Shown piece after piece: positions 12,551 through 22,766 of a DNA stretch of 64,000 nucleotides; within the stretch, counting starts at the first letter, position 1, and every line of letters starts with the position of its first letter. The position numbers and the translations under genes were made by a program. The DNA comes from an uncultured delta proteobacterium (GTDB lineage Bacteria > Desulfobacterota > WTBG01), in the NCBI GenBank assembly GCA_963793865.1, contig CAWCBP010000001.1, positions 1,184,001 through 1,248,000 on the forward strand, read 5' to 3'. The notes under the pieces are model-generated. The model ran no database searches. It was not told where the DNA came from and saw nothing but the letters and a program-made list of their open reading frames with translations.

Positions 12551-13069
12551 ATGAAACGCACCATATTCAACCGCTGGATGCGCCCTGTAGCGGTGCTGCT
12601 TTTTATGGCAGCCCTGCCCTGCTGCTCGCAGGAGGGGGAAATCTCGCTCCGGGGCAAACCGGCCATCGATTTTACGCTGAGGACCATTGACGGGGAACAG
12701 ATTCAGCTCTCGGCATACCGCGGGAAAAAATTTGTTCACATCATCTTCTGGGCAACCTGGTGTCCGTCCTGCACCATGGAGGTGCCGAAGCTTAAAATGC
12801 TCCATCAGGAAGCAAAAGACAAGCCCTATGAAATTCTGGCAATTGACGTGGGCTACAATGATTCCCTGCCCAGGGTAAGGCAGTTCCAGGAAAAGTACCA
12901 GCTGCCCTATAAAATCATCTTCGATGAATCAGCGGGAATGGCCTCAAAGTATGGTGTTATCGGCATACCGACGCACGTGATTATAAACATGGAGGGAATT
13001 ATCGTAAGCACCTTCAACCAGCTCCCTGAAAACCTTGCAGGATACCTCGCTCAGCTGTTACCCGCCTAG
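12551..13069 (+). CDS. TlpA/ResA-like thiol-disulfide reductase
   Basis: FWATWCPSC, YGVIGIP; follows ccdA. Confidence 0.88.
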   Translation: MKRTIFNRWMRPVAVLLFMAALPCCSQEGEISLRGKPAIDFTLRTIDGEQIQLSAYRGKKFVHIIFWATWCPSCTMEVPKLKMLHQEAKDKPYEILAIDVGYNDSLPRVRQFQEKYQLPYKIIFDESAGMASKYGVIGIPTHVIINMEGIIVSTFNQLPENLAGYLAQLLPA

Positions 13070-13096
13070 ACGCTCCCCGATGGAGGGCCGTTACCC

Positions 13097-13786
13097 CTAC
13101 CAGGGATGGCTTTTCCTGATCACCCACCGTGCGGGCTTTTTCCTTTTGGCGAAGGGGAAGACCATGAGCAGTCCGCACAGGAACCCCCCGATATGCGCCC
13201 ACCAGGCAACACCGCCCTCCTGACCCGGCGCCGTGAAAGCGCCGCTGAAAAACTGCAGCACAAACCAGAAGGCCAGGAAGAAAAAGGCGGGGATCTGAAC
13301 CACGTCGATAAAAATGAAAAAGAAAATCAGCGTGACCACACGCCCGAAGGGATAGAGGAGCAAATAGGCGCCCATAACGCCGGCAATGGCACCGCTTGCC
13401 CCTACTATGGGGATCCGCGAAGCGGGTGAAATGAAAAGCTGCACCAGCCCGGAGACGGCGCCGCACACGAGATAAAATACAAGATACCTGAAATGGCCCA
13501 TCCGGTCTTCCACGTTGTCGCCGAAAATCCAGAGATAGAGCATGTTGCTGATGACATGCAGCCAGCCCCCGTGCAGAAACATGAAGCTGAAAAGCGGCGC
13601 TATCATGTCGCTTATCATCCGGGCATTAAAAAAACGGGCCGGTATAATGGCGTAGCTGTCAATAAACGAAGCAAGACCGGGGCCCAGCGACAGCTCATAA
13701 AGGAACACCAGGCAATTTACCGCAACCAGCGTTATGTTGACCGCGGGAAATGTTCTGGAGGGAATGGTGTCTTTTAAAGGAATCAT
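13097..13786 (-). CDS. Rhomboid family intramembrane serine protease
   Basis: MIPLKD, FLHGGWLH..NM, GASGAIAGVMGAY, AWWAHIGGF. Confidence 0.93.
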   Translation of the reverse strand: MIPLKDTIPSRTFPAVNITLVAVNCLVFLYELSLGPGLASFIDSYAIIPARFFNARMISDMIAPLFSFMFLHGGWLHVISNMLYLWIFGDNVEDRMGHFRYLVFYLVCGAVSGLVQLFISPASRIPIVGASGAIAGVMGAYLLLYPFGRVVTLIFFFIFIDVVQIPAFFFLAFWFVLQFFSGAFTAPGQEGGVAWWAHIGGFLCGLLMVFPFAKRKKPARWVIRKSHPW

Positions 13787-13864
13787 GCAGGTCCTTTATC
13801 CTGGATACATGGTGCCGGCGTATGCCGCATTTCATGCGGCATCATATACTTATGGTAAAAGGGT

Positions 13865-13925
13865 GGAGGGCCACGCTCCGTCGTGGCCGCATAAAATAAT
13901 CGGAGGCAACGGAGTGCGTCCCTCC
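13865..13925. repeat. REP doublet (REPIN-like), family B copy 2
   Basis: GGAGGGCCACGCTCCGTCGTGGCCG ... CGGAGGCAACGGAGTGCGTCCCTCC; matches 1081-1141. Confidence 0.7.
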
Positions 13926-14095
13926 ATCCCACCTATGATTGTTATATTTTAAACCCGTCGCGCAAGAATTGCATAGTATCCCAGAAAAGCGGCATGGTCA
14001 ATCGTCATATAACCGATCCATACAAAAACAGCACCTTTGCGCATCGTCACGCCGTATGACACACAAAGGTGCTGTTGCGTAGCCGCATGCCTTGT

Positions 14096-16705
14096 TCAGG
14101 CAACCGTCCCGGCGGCTGCCCTGGAAAAGATCATGTTTTTGGTTTTGGGATCTGCCGTCACCTTTATCCGGTCACCTTCAGCAAATTCCCCTTCCAGGAT
14201 CTTCATGGCCAGCGGGTTCTGAATCATGCGCTGGATGGCCCTCTTCAGGGGACGCGCTCCATACACCGGGTCGAAGCCCTGCTCAATCAGCGCCCCCTTG
14301 GCGGCGGCATCAAGCGTGATGCCCAGCTTTTTATCCGCCAGCCGCCTGTTGAGCAGATCAAGCTGTATCTCAATAATTTTTTCTATCTGGGATCTGCCCA
14401 GGGCGTGGAAGATGATGATCTCGTCGATCCGGTTTAAAAACTCCGGCTTGAAGGTGCCGCGAACCACCTCCATCACCCTCGACTGCATCTCATTATAATC
14501 CTTCTCGCCCAAATCCTGAATCCACTGGCTTCCCAGATTGGAGGTCATGATGATCAGGGTGTTTTTAAAATCCACCGTCCTCCCCTGTCCGTCGGTCAGC
14601 CTCCCGTCATCCAGAATCTGCAGCAGAATGTTGAACACCTCGGGATGCGCCTTCTCCACCTCATCCAGCAGTATCACCGAGTACGGCCTTCTGCGGACGG
14701 CCTCGGTAAGATATCCCCCCTCCTCATATCCGACGTAGCCGGGGGGAGCTCCAATCATGCGGGACACTGAATGCTTCTCCATGAACTCGGACATGTCGAT
14801 GCGCACCATGGCCTGCTCGTCATCGAAGAGGAAAACGGCCAGGGCCCTCGCCAGTTCCGTCTTGCCCACGCCGGTCGGCCCCAGGAATACAAATGAACCA
14901 AGGGGACGGTTGGGGTCCTGCAGCCCCGAGCGGGAACGCCTCACCGCGTCGGCAACGGCCTGGATGGCCTCGTCCTGCCCGACCACCCGCTTTCGTATCC
15001 TGTCTTCCATGGTTATGAGCTTTTCCAGCTCGCCTTCCATCATTTTTGACACGGGAACGCCGGTCCACTTGGCCACCACCTCGGCTATGTCCTCCGCGTC
15101 CACTTCCTCCTTGAGCATTTTCTGATCTTTCTGTATCTCATTGAGCCGGGCGCTTGCCGCTTCCAGCTGCTCATTGAGGCGAATGAGGGTTCCATAGCGG
15201 ATCTGGGCCACCTTTTCCAGGTTCCCCCCTCTCTCGGCCTTTTGTTCCTCCAGGCGGTTCGACTCCATCTGCTCTTTTAATTCCTGTATTTTCTTGATGA
15301 TCTCCTTTTCCCGCTCCCAGTGAAGCTTCATGGTCGAGCTTTCCTCTTTCAATCCCGCCAGTTCCCCCTCCACCTTCTCCAGCCGTTCACGCGACTGAGC
15401 ATCTTTTTCCCGCTTCAATGCCTCCTTCTCAATCTGCAGCTGAATTATTTTCCGCTCCACCGTGTCAATTTCGGCGGGTAGGCTGTCCATTTCAATTCTC
15501 AACTTCGAGGCGGCCTCATCAATCAAATCGATGGCCTTGTCCGGAAGAAAGCGGTCGGTAATGTAGCGGTGCGAAAGCGTTGCCGCCGCAACCGTCGCCG
15601 AGTCCTGAATCTTGACCCCGTGGTGCACTTCATAGCGCTCCTTTAAACCCCTTAAAATTGAAATCGTGTCTTCAACTGAAGGTTCGCCGACCAGCACCGG
15701 CTGAAACCTCCGTTCCAGGGCAGCGTCCTTTTCAATGTGCTTTCTGTACTCATTGAGGGTGGTTGCGCCGACGCACCTGAGTTCGCCCCGTGCCAGGGCC
15801 GGCTTGAGCATGTTGGAGGCATCGATTGCCCCTTCCGCCGCTCCGGCGCCGACGACCGTATGCAGCTCATCGATAAACAGGATGATTTCCCCGCTTTTTT
15901 CCTGTATTTCCTTCAGCACCGCCTTGAGCCGGTCCTCGAACTCTCCACGGTATTTCGTCCCCGCGACCAGGGCACCCATGTCCAGGGCAATGATTTTCCT
16001 GTTGGCGATGCTTTCAGGGATATCTCCGTTTATGACCCGCTGGGCCAGGCCCTCAACAATGGCGGTTTTCCCGACGCCCGGCTCGCCGATGAGCACCGGG
16101 TTGTTCTTTGTCCTGCGCGAGAGCACCTGTATGACCCGGCGGATTTCGTTATCGCGTCCGATCACCGGGTCCAGCTTGCCCTTGCGGGCCTGGTCGGTAA
16201 GATCGCGGCCATACTTTTTGAGCGCTTCATATTTATCTTCGGGGTTGGGGTCGGTGACCCGCTGGTTACCCCTGATGCCGACCAGTGCATTGTAGAGGGC
16301 GTCCTTGGTAACCCCCGAAGATGAAAGTATGTCTGAGGCCTTCCCGCCCTTTTCATCAACCAGGGATATGAGGATGTGCTCCGTGCTGACGTATTCGTCC
16401 TTTAACCGTTCAGCCTCCTTCAAGGACTGGTTGAGCACCCGCTCGCTTCGGGGCGACATATAGATCTGCCCTGCCGATCCGTAGACTTTGGGAAGTTTAT
16501 CCAGGACCTCCTCCAGCTGCCTCAACAGCACCAGTGGATCAACCCCCAGCTTTTTGAGTATGGGAATAACGATCCCGTCCTGCTGCAGGGCCAGGGCGGT
16601 CATCACGTGTTCCGGTTCCATCTGCTGATGCCCGTATTTTTCCGCAACCCGCTGCGACTCCTGGATTGCCTCCTGGGCTTTAACGGTAAATTTGTCAAAT
16701 CTCAT
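14096..16705 (-). CDS. clpB: ATP-dependent chaperone ClpB
   Basis: Two AAA+ modules ([16 protein letters not shown]), long coiled-coil middle domain, GARPLKR. Confidence 0.98.
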   Translation of the reverse strand: MRFDKFTVKAQEAIQESQRVAEKYGHQQMEPEHVMTALALQQDGIVIPILKKLGVDPLVLLRQLEEVLDKLPKVYGSAGQIYMSPRSERVLNQSLKEAERLKDEYVSTEHILISLVDEKGGKASDILSSSGVTKDALYNALVGIRGNQRVTDPNPEDKYEALKKYGRDLTDQARKGKLDPVIGRDNEIRRVIQVLSRRTKNNPVLIGEPGVGKTAIVEGLAQRVINGDIPESIANRKIIALDMGALVAGTKYRGEFEDRLKAVLKEIQEKSGEIILFIDELHTVVGAGAAEGAIDASNMLKPALARGELRCVGATTLNEYRKHIEKDAALERRFQPVLVGEPSVEDTISILRGLKERYEVHHGVKIQDSATVAAATLSHRYITDRFLPDKAIDLIDEAASKLRIEMDSLPAEIDTVERKIIQLQIEKEALKREKDAQSRERLEKVEGELAGLKEESSTMKLHWEREKEIIKKIQELKEQMESNRLEEQKAERGGNLEKVAQIRYGTLIRLNEQLEAASARLNEIQKDQKMLKEEVDAEDIAEVVAKWTGVPVSKMMEGELEKLITMEDRIRKRVVGQDEAIQAVADAVRRSRSGLQDPNRPLGSFVFLGPTGVGKTELARALAVFLFDDEQAMVRIDMSEFMEKHSVSRMIGAPPGYVGYEEGGYLTEAVRRRPYSVILLDEVEKAHPEVFNILLQILDDGRLTDGQGRTVDFKNTLIIMTSNLGSQWIQDLGEKDYNEMQSRVMEVVRGTFKPEFLNRIDEIIIFHALGRSQIEKIIEIQLDLLNRRLADKKLGITLDAAAKGALIEQGFDPVYGARPLKRAIQRMIQNPLAMKILEGEFAEGDRIKVTADPKTKNMIFSRAAAGTVA

Positions 16706-16806
16706 TGTCTTGTTCCTCTGCAATAGATGTTATGTGTTGAGTGGAACCCAATATTCGTTTTTCAATTCATGCCGGATGAAAGGGCAACGGACATAAAACT
16801 GGTCAA

Positions 16807-16834
16807 ATCATAAACATTTTTTCCCTTCTGTCAA
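16807..16834 (-). promoter_or_regulatory. Putative sigma-70 promoter of clpB
   Basis: Minus strand TTGACA-N16-TATGAT. Confidence 0.5.
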
Positions 16835-17001
16835 CCTCAGCACATGGTATGTTCTGATAAAAAGCGGTTACGCGCAAACATTATTTACTGTTGACTACGC
16901 ATGCGCTCTCCCGTAATATCATCTGCATTGCGCCGCCGGCCGGCAGAAATTCCTCAAAAAGGACCGGGGCCGCTCATTCAGGTGACATCGACAGCATCTT
17001 T

Positions 17002-17484
17002 ATGGCAAGAAAAAAGTCAGCAATCATTTTGATGGTCGTGACATCTTTTTTGGCGCTGCTTGCCGTCGTTGGCATTGAACTTACAAGCGGGCTGTCTCTT
17101 ACCAGGGGATTGCGCAACCTGCCGGTTCAGGAAATCTATGTTATGGCCGATACGGACAAGATCTATCTGAGCATTGACCTTGACCCATCGGCGACCGGCT
17201 TGAAGACAATACGGGTTCCCCTGTCTGAAATAGCCTTTGAGGTCAATCCCGCGCTGACAAAAGATATGGCAATAAGCAGCACGGATGTCTATATCTGGGG
17301 TGACCGCTGGCCCTGGGTGGAAAAGGTAACCATCACCCTCAAAACCGAGCAGCAGAAGGAGGGCTTTTATACCCTGTTTGCGCCGGAAAAATTACCGCAG
17401 CTGCAGGATGATCTTGCAAAGGGCAACGCCGTAGGGGTAACCCATTCCGGCCATCTGACCAGCGGCGGAAGAATTATGGAGTAG
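17002..17484 (+). CDS. Hypothetical protein with N-terminal membrane anchor
   Basis: MARKK followed by a hydrophobic helix and ~130 aa of globular-looking sequence; no family recognised. Confidence 0.6.
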   Translation: MARKKSAIILMVVTSFLALLAVVGIELTSGLSLTRGLRNLPVQEIYVMADTDKIYLSIDLDPSATGLKTIRVPLSEIAFEVNPALTKDMAISSTDVYIWGDRWPWVEKVTITLKTEQQKEGFYTLFAPEKLPQLQDDLAKGNAVGVTHSGHLTSGGRIME

Positions 17485-17533
17485 TTCGCACCAATGGCGT
17501 TGCTGCTGGAATGGTCTTTGGCCGGCATTATGC

Positions 17534-17630
17534 GGAGGTGGATAGGTTCTGGTGGGCCTCCTGGACTTCAAATCCAGTGTGGGGTGTGAAGAGCGTCCCT
17601 GGTGGGTTCGATTCCCATGCACCTCCGCCA
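17534..17630 (+). tRNA. selC: tRNA-Sec (anticodon TCA)
   Basis: GGAGGTG/CACCTCC acceptor plus GCCA end, CTGGA-CTTCAAA-TCCAG anticodon arm, long variable arm, GGTTCGATTCC T-loop, 97 nt. Confidence 0.95.
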
Positions 17631-17692
17631 TTGATTTTAGCAGCGCACATAATCGAGACTATGATGCCATCCGCAAAAGGGGCGGGACAGGT

Positions 17693-20083
17693 ATGAAGCA
17701 TAACATCAGCGGCATTTCGATAACCATTCTGTGCCTGCTCATATGCCTCAACGGATATACAGCATATGCATTAAACCCGGCGCACCCTGGAAAGCAGCCG
17801 GCAGAGGAGAAAAAAAATACCCCGCACACTGACCTGCACAATCTTAAACGGCTTAAGCCCTTTTCGGTAAACGGTACCATCTTCACAGCCCATCATGCGT
17901 TTCCCGCCGATACTATTTCAACCTCTGCGCCCACGTATAAAGAAGGCGAGGTCCTGGTAAAATTCAAGAAAGGGGTGGACCGGGCGTATGCGTCACGCAC
18001 AGCGGCAGTGCAGGGAATGTCAGTTATGAAAGAATTTAAGCTGCTATCAGAACGGAAAGGACAGGCATATGCTCTGTTAAAATCCGACAAGCTGAAGGCG
18101 CAGGAGATGGTGCAGAAGCTCGAGAATGACCCTGCCGTGGACGCAGTCAGTCTAAACTATGAGAGAAAATTTTTAACAGTACCCAATGACCCCTTTTTCA
18201 ACCATCTGTGGGGGTTGAACAATACCGGTCAGGATGTTCCTGATTATGGCACAGGCACGCCTGATGCCGATATTGACAGCCCTGAGGCCTGGGACATCGA
18301 AACCGGCTCTCCGGAAGTGGTGGTGGCAAGTATTGACAGCGGTGTCGATTATGCGCACGAGGATCTCGCCGAAAACATGTGGACCAATTCAGGAGAGATT
18401 GCCGGGGATACCATAGATAACGACGGCAATGGATACGTCGATGATATATATGGTATCGATGCGGGTGATGATGATTCCGACCCCATGGATACTGATGGCC
18501 ATGGGACCCACACCGCGGGGACCATGGCAGCAGCGGGCAATAACGCTTTAGGGGTTACCGGTGTCAACTGGTCGACAAAAATCATGGCCTTAAAGTTCTT
18601 CGCAGCAGATGGTTCTGCGTATGACGATGCGGCCATCGCCTGCATAGAATATGTAATCCATCAGAAGCTCTTCCATAATGTAAACGTGGCGGCAATCAAT
18701 GCCTCCTGGGGCGGTCCCGGTTACAGCCAGACATTAAAGGATGCCATTGAAGATGCGGGCAATGCCGGGATTCTCTTCTGTGCCGCAGCCGGGAACGACG
18801 GTGATGATAACGAATTGCTCCCCACTTATCCCGCATCGTTTGACCTTCCAACTATTATCACGGTTGCCGCATCAGACCATAACGATCAGCTGACTTCCTG
18901 GTCTAACTATGGTGCGACAACTGTAGACCTGGCAGCACCAGGGGACTCCATTTTGAGCACCTATCCGGGATGCGCCCCGGATGATCCTGTTTTCTTTGAT
19001 GACATGGAGTCAGGTTCTGGCAACTGGACAACCGGTGGCACGAACAACACCTGGGCTCTCTCCACCGAAACATCCTACAGCCCCATCAGCGCCTGGAGCG
19101 ACAGCCCCGGCGGCAATTATACCATTAATACAGATTCACGGCTTGAACTCGGCCGTGATGTCGATCTGTCGGTTTACTCCGGCAATGCGACATTTTATTT
19201 TTACGGGGCATTCTTCCTGGAAGAAGACTATGATTTTCTTTTTGTTGACATCTCAGCCGACAGCGGCGGCAGCTGGGTACCGTATGGATATCTGACCGGC
19301 AACATGGGAGGCTGGTATTTCCTTTCCGGTAATGTTCCAGACGAATTTATGACCCCTCATTTCAGGTTGCGCTTCCGGCTGGAAACCGATTACCTGCTCA
19401 ACTATGACGGCGTGTACATTGACGATGTGGGTATCTCTACCTGTCAGCAGTCCAACAACTACACGTATTTACAGGGAACATCCATGGCCACACCCCTCGT
19501 GACCGGGGCATGTGCGCTGGTAGCCGCGCAGTACCCGGATGATTCTGCCGGGGACAGAAAAAACAGGATCCTGAACGCCGTCGACCAGAAACCGGCGCTG
19601 ACAGGAAAGGTGCTGACGGGCGGCAGGCTCAATCTGTATAATGCATTTTCCATTGATGCTTGTCCCGACGATCCTGACAAAACCGACCCCGGCGTCTGTG
19701 GCTGCGGCATCGCAGATTCAGACAGTGATGCTGACGGATTTCCGGATTGTATAGATAATTGTTCTGCCATTGAAAATGTCGATCAACAGGACTCCTACCC
19801 CTATCCACAGGGCAACAATTGCGGGGATGCCTGTGAATGTGAGGGAAATTTTGACGGGGATGCTGATCAGGACGGCACAGATGCCTTTACCTTCAAAAAT
19901 GATTTCGGAAGAAGCATATTACAAAACCCGTGTATAACCATAACACCCTGTAATGGAGACTTTAGCTGCGATGGTGATTGCGACGGGTCCGATGCCTTTA
20001 CCTTCAAACAGGATTTCGGAAGAAGTACTATTGCGAATCCCTGCCCCGATTGCGTGACAGCACCGTGGTGCGCGTATCCTTAA
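17693..20083 (+). CDS. Secreted S8 (subtilisin-like) serine protease with inserted beta-sandwich domain, TSP3-like repeats and dockerin-like C-terminus
   Basis: Signal peptide; catalytic D (IDSGVD), H (DGHGTHTAG), S (GTSMATP); oxyanion AAGND; insert FFDDMESG...GVYIDDV; C-terminal duplicated G[ND]F..D.D.DG.DAFTFK.DFGRS. Confidence 0.92.
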   Translation: MKHNISGISITILCLLICLNGYTAYALNPAHPGKQPAEEKKNTPHTDLHNLKRLKPFSVNGTIFTAHHAFPADTISTSAPTYKEGEVLVKFKKGVDRAYASRTAAVQGMSVMKEFKLLSERKGQAYALLKSDKLKAQEMVQKLENDPAVDAVSLNYERKFLTVPNDPFFNHLWGLNNTGQDVPDYGTGTPDADIDSPEAWDIETGSPEVVVASIDSGVDYAHEDLAENMWTNSGEIAGDTIDNDGNGYVDDIYGIDAGDDDSDPMDTDGHGTHTAGTMAAAGNNALGVTGVNWSTKIMALKFFAADGSAYDDAAIACIEYVIHQKLFHNVNVAAINASWGGPGYSQTLKDAIEDAGNAGILFCAAAGNDGDDNELLPTYPASFDLPTIITVAASDHNDQLTSWSNYGATTVDLAAPGDSILSTYPGCAPDDPVFFDDMESGSGNWTTGGTNNTWALSTETSYSPISAWSDSPGGNYTINTDSRLELGRDVDLSVYSGNATFYFYGAFFLEEDYDFLFVDISADSGGSWVPYGYLTGNMGGWYFLSGNVPDEFMTPHFRLRFRLETDYLLNYDGVYIDDVGISTCQQSNNYTYLQGTSMATPLVTGACALVAAQYPDDSAGDRKNRILNAVDQKPALTGKVLTGGRLNLYNAFSIDACPDDPDKTDPGVCGCGIADSDSDADGFPDCIDNCSAIENVDQQDSYPYPQGNNCGDACECEGNFDGDADQDGTDAFTFKNDFGRSILQNPCITITPCNGDFSCDGDCDGSDAFTFKQDFGRSTIANPCPDCVTAPWCAYP

Positions 20084-20254
20084 TGTTACTGTGCCTGAAT
20101 TGTGCCCGCCATGACTAAATCCGCCCCCATATAAGCCAACCCCAGCTCACATACGTTTACAAGCTAATACATTGACAGAATTGTATTTTTCAGTTAAATA
20201 CCATCAATAGTTCATAGTGCAAAAATCATCTGTTGCGAACCTCAACGACCTTGT

Positions 20255-20303
20255 GGGTGTAAAGAGTGTCCCTGGCGGGTTTAATGCTCGTGTATCTCCG
20301 CCA
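20255..20303 (+). repeat. Degenerate direct repeat of the selC 3' half (att-like)
   Basis: 39/49 ungapped identity to 17582-17630, ending in CTCCGCCA. Confidence 0.85.
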
Positions 20304-20387
20304 ATGTTTTTTCTATTTTTTCTATTTTACGGAAGGTCCCGCAATTTTTAAAAGAATGTACCTGTCATACAACCAAGGAGGAACATA

Positions 20388-20957
20388 ATGAAAAAAAGAT
20401 CCATATCTTTTGCGCTGCTGCTGGTCCTTACCTGGGCGGTGTCTTCCGCTTCAGGCATTGAATATGCCGTTGACCAGCTCGAGAAAAATAATCCCGGAGG
20501 CAGCACGGCCAGCCTGAAAACCTTTGACAAGAAGGGCATTAAAGATACCGGCAAAGAGCTGACGGTCGATATCTGGCTTAAAGACGTCCCCGAGGAATTA
20601 ATCTCCGCCGGCTTCTGGCTCTCGTATGACCCCGACAAGGTGAGTATCGTCAAGGTCGAGATGTATGACGGCAAAACAGTGCCTGGTCCCTGGGACAGTG
20701 AAATGACCCGATATCATACCAATCCTAATGGGCCTGGCACGTACTCGGCATTTACCTGCAATCTGGGCTGTGTCAAGCCTGATAAGAAGGGTGATGTGAT
20801 TGTCGGCAGGGTTCAATTAAAGTGTGCGGACAAGTGCACCAAGCCCATTGAAATCAAATCCATTGCCGCTTCCATTAAAGATTTTGACTCTGTGGTGGGA
20901 TGTAACGGGAAGCTGTACGATGCTGCAGCCAAGCCGGCTACTTTTACCATCCATTAA
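20388..20957 (+). CDS. Secreted cohesin-like domain protein
   Basis: Strong RBS AAGGAGG; signal peptide; LTVDIWLKDVPEELISAGFWLSYDPDKVSIVKV resembles the cohesin strand pattern V.V.L.....(hydrophobic).L.YDP..(L/V).V; IVGRVQLKC strand. Confidence 0.65.
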   Translation: MKKRSISFALLLVLTWAVSSASGIEYAVDQLEKNNPGGSTASLKTFDKKGIKDTGKELTVDIWLKDVPEELISAGFWLSYDPDKVSIVKVEMYDGKTVPGPWDSEMTRYHTNPNGPGTYSAFTCNLGCVKPDKKGDVIVGRVQLKCADKCTKPIEIKSIAASIKDFDSVVGCNGKLYDAAAKPATFTIH

Positions 20958-21068
20958 TCGTGGGTGAATGTTCGGGCTGCTGAGCGCAGTGGACGCGACC
21001 GTGAGGCCGGTTGGTTTTGCCGGAAATCTCGGCGGCTGACACGAAGCGGCACTCAATGTGACGTTTAG

Positions 21069-21221
21069 TAGGTTGTTGAAAAGGTAGTTTTCCGCAGGCT
21101 GTTCAAAAACATCCAGATGCAAGGCACGCGAAATGCTGAGGAATGAGGCGTACTTTCAGGTACGTCGCAATGACGAAGGATGAGCGTGTAACGCAGGGGA
21201 TGGGTGTTTTTCAACAGCCTG
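21069..21221. mobile_element. MITE-like element with terminal inverted repeats
   Basis: (T)AGGTTGTTGAAAA...TTTTCAACAGCCTG, flanked on both sides by TTAG; a second internal left end CAGGCTGTTCAAAAA; related copy at 48739-48837. Confidence 0.7.
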
Positions 21222-21404
21222 TTAGTATTCCCTGACGTGCACGACCATGAGCGAATCATTCCCGGGGACCCTCACGCCTACTGAACGGTATATTGCCGGC
21301 CTGCGGACAGGCTGACCGGACTTGCCGGGCCCATCATTTGTTTTGAATCCAATGGTACTTTCCGGTTTATGGCCGTTCATCTCTACAGCTGTTTTCCTTT
21401 GCAT
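21222..21404 (-). CDS. Small hypothetical protein (60 aa, MQRKTAVEM...)
   Basis: AGGAG RBS ~7 nt before ATG; the stop falls in the MITE flank; no family recognised. Confidence 0.35.
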   Translation of the reverse strand: MQRKTAVEMNGHKPESTIGFKTNDGPGKSGQPVRRPAIYRSVGVRVPGNDSLMVVHVREY

Positions 21405-21866
21405 TATAACTCTCCTGGAAATAATAGATTGAATGAAAGAAAGGATTGGACCGGGTGCATCAGGGCATTGCTTTAAACCGCGATACTTTTTTCTGCAATT
21501 TTCTGCATAAATCATACCGTTTTGGCAGAGCCTCGTAAGGCGCTGAAATGTGCGGCCAGGCAGCATACAATGACAATTATCGCGGGTTTACAACAAAAAA
21601 TTGTCACTCATATGGCTTGAGGGGAGGTGCTTACGGCAGGACCGGATGCAGGTATCAGGGCAATTGCGCCACTGTAACGGACAATGCCGGAGGCGCAGAT
21701 TGCTTAACCGTATGGCGGGAAGGCCAAACCGGCAATCAGGGTTTTTTCTTTTTAATTTTTCGCAGTTTTGGCACAAACTGCAATATGCTCCGCTTATCCT
21801 CCTGAAAAAAGGTTTTTGTACCCACAGGTTTCAATGTGCTCTTTTTGCTCATCAGTGCTGATCTCT

Positions 21867-22590
21867 TCACTTGATTGACGGCTGCAAGGCATCATGGAGC
21901 AGCTGCTTAAGCCTTTCATCTTTCGTTTCCTGCAAATGCCCGTAGGCCTTCAAAGCATCATTTCTGTTCCCCTGCTTGATGAAAAGCAATCCGGACTTAT
22001 AAAAATGGATTGCGGCCTTATCAGTCTCCCCTTTTTCCTGTAATATCAACCCCACTTTGAGCTGCGCCTCTGCATGGTCCGGTTCCACGGCAAGGCCTTT
22101 CCGGTATTCTGAAAGCGCTTTTCCCGGATCACCCTTTGCATAATAAATATTCCCCAGTCCGATGCGGGCAGGGGCGTTATCCGGCTGCACGGTAAGCGCC
22201 CTTTCATAGGCAGACTGTGCCTCGGCATGCATACCCTTCTGAAAATAGGCGTTCCCAAGGCCGACATGGGCGGGTACCATTTGAGCCTTTGAATCCAAAG
22301 CTTTTTTATATGATTCAATAGCACTGTCCGGCAGGCCTTTTTTCATGCAGGCATCACCAATAAAGCGGTGGGCATCCGTGAAGCCTGGATTTATTGAAAG
22401 GACCTTTTCAAAACACATAATGGCTTCATCATAGCTTCCCGAAGGCCATGGCTTGTTGCCCTTTATCGAACCATTCCCTTTCCCGCTGCTGCTCTGTGCC
22501 CCGCTCAGCACCCATGCCCTCCGCCCAACAACTTCCTGTCAATACAAGAGCCATAAAGGCAATGAAGCTCACAGCTGCTTTCTTCACCAT
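21867..22590 (-). CDS. Exported tetratricopeptide repeat protein (+1 frameshift near 22438)
   Basis: AAGGAG RBS, signal peptide MVKKAAVSF..., WFDKGQQAMAFG continues as SYDEAIMCFEKVLSINP in the next frame; several TPR units. Confidence 0.8.
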
Positions 22591-22766
22591 TGCTCTCCTT
22601 TTACGTTTCATGAGACGTGATGTGAATTGTATACCACGAAACCATATTGAAAACAAGGCGCCGCGCGAGGAAAAAGATGTTGCCTGGCCCGCAGTAAGCG
22701 AATATAATACGCAGCCTGACAACGAGCACCGTTCCACAAGAAAGCGCTACCACACCAATTGAAAAA

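Larger units (their letters stand above)
17631..20303. mobile_element. Remnant integrative island at selC (no integrase)
   Basis: Bounded by selC and a degenerate direct repeat of its 3' 49 nt; contains only the subtilase gene. Confidence 0.55.

Noticed and set aside
17552..17692. N-terminal extension of the protease ORF given in the ORF track
   Set aside because: It runs through tRNA-Sec; the signal peptide begins at ATG 17693.
21768..21785. Sigma-54 promoter TGGCACAAACTGCA
   Set aside because: GG-to-GC spacing is 8 rather than 10 nt, and no plus-strand gene follows.
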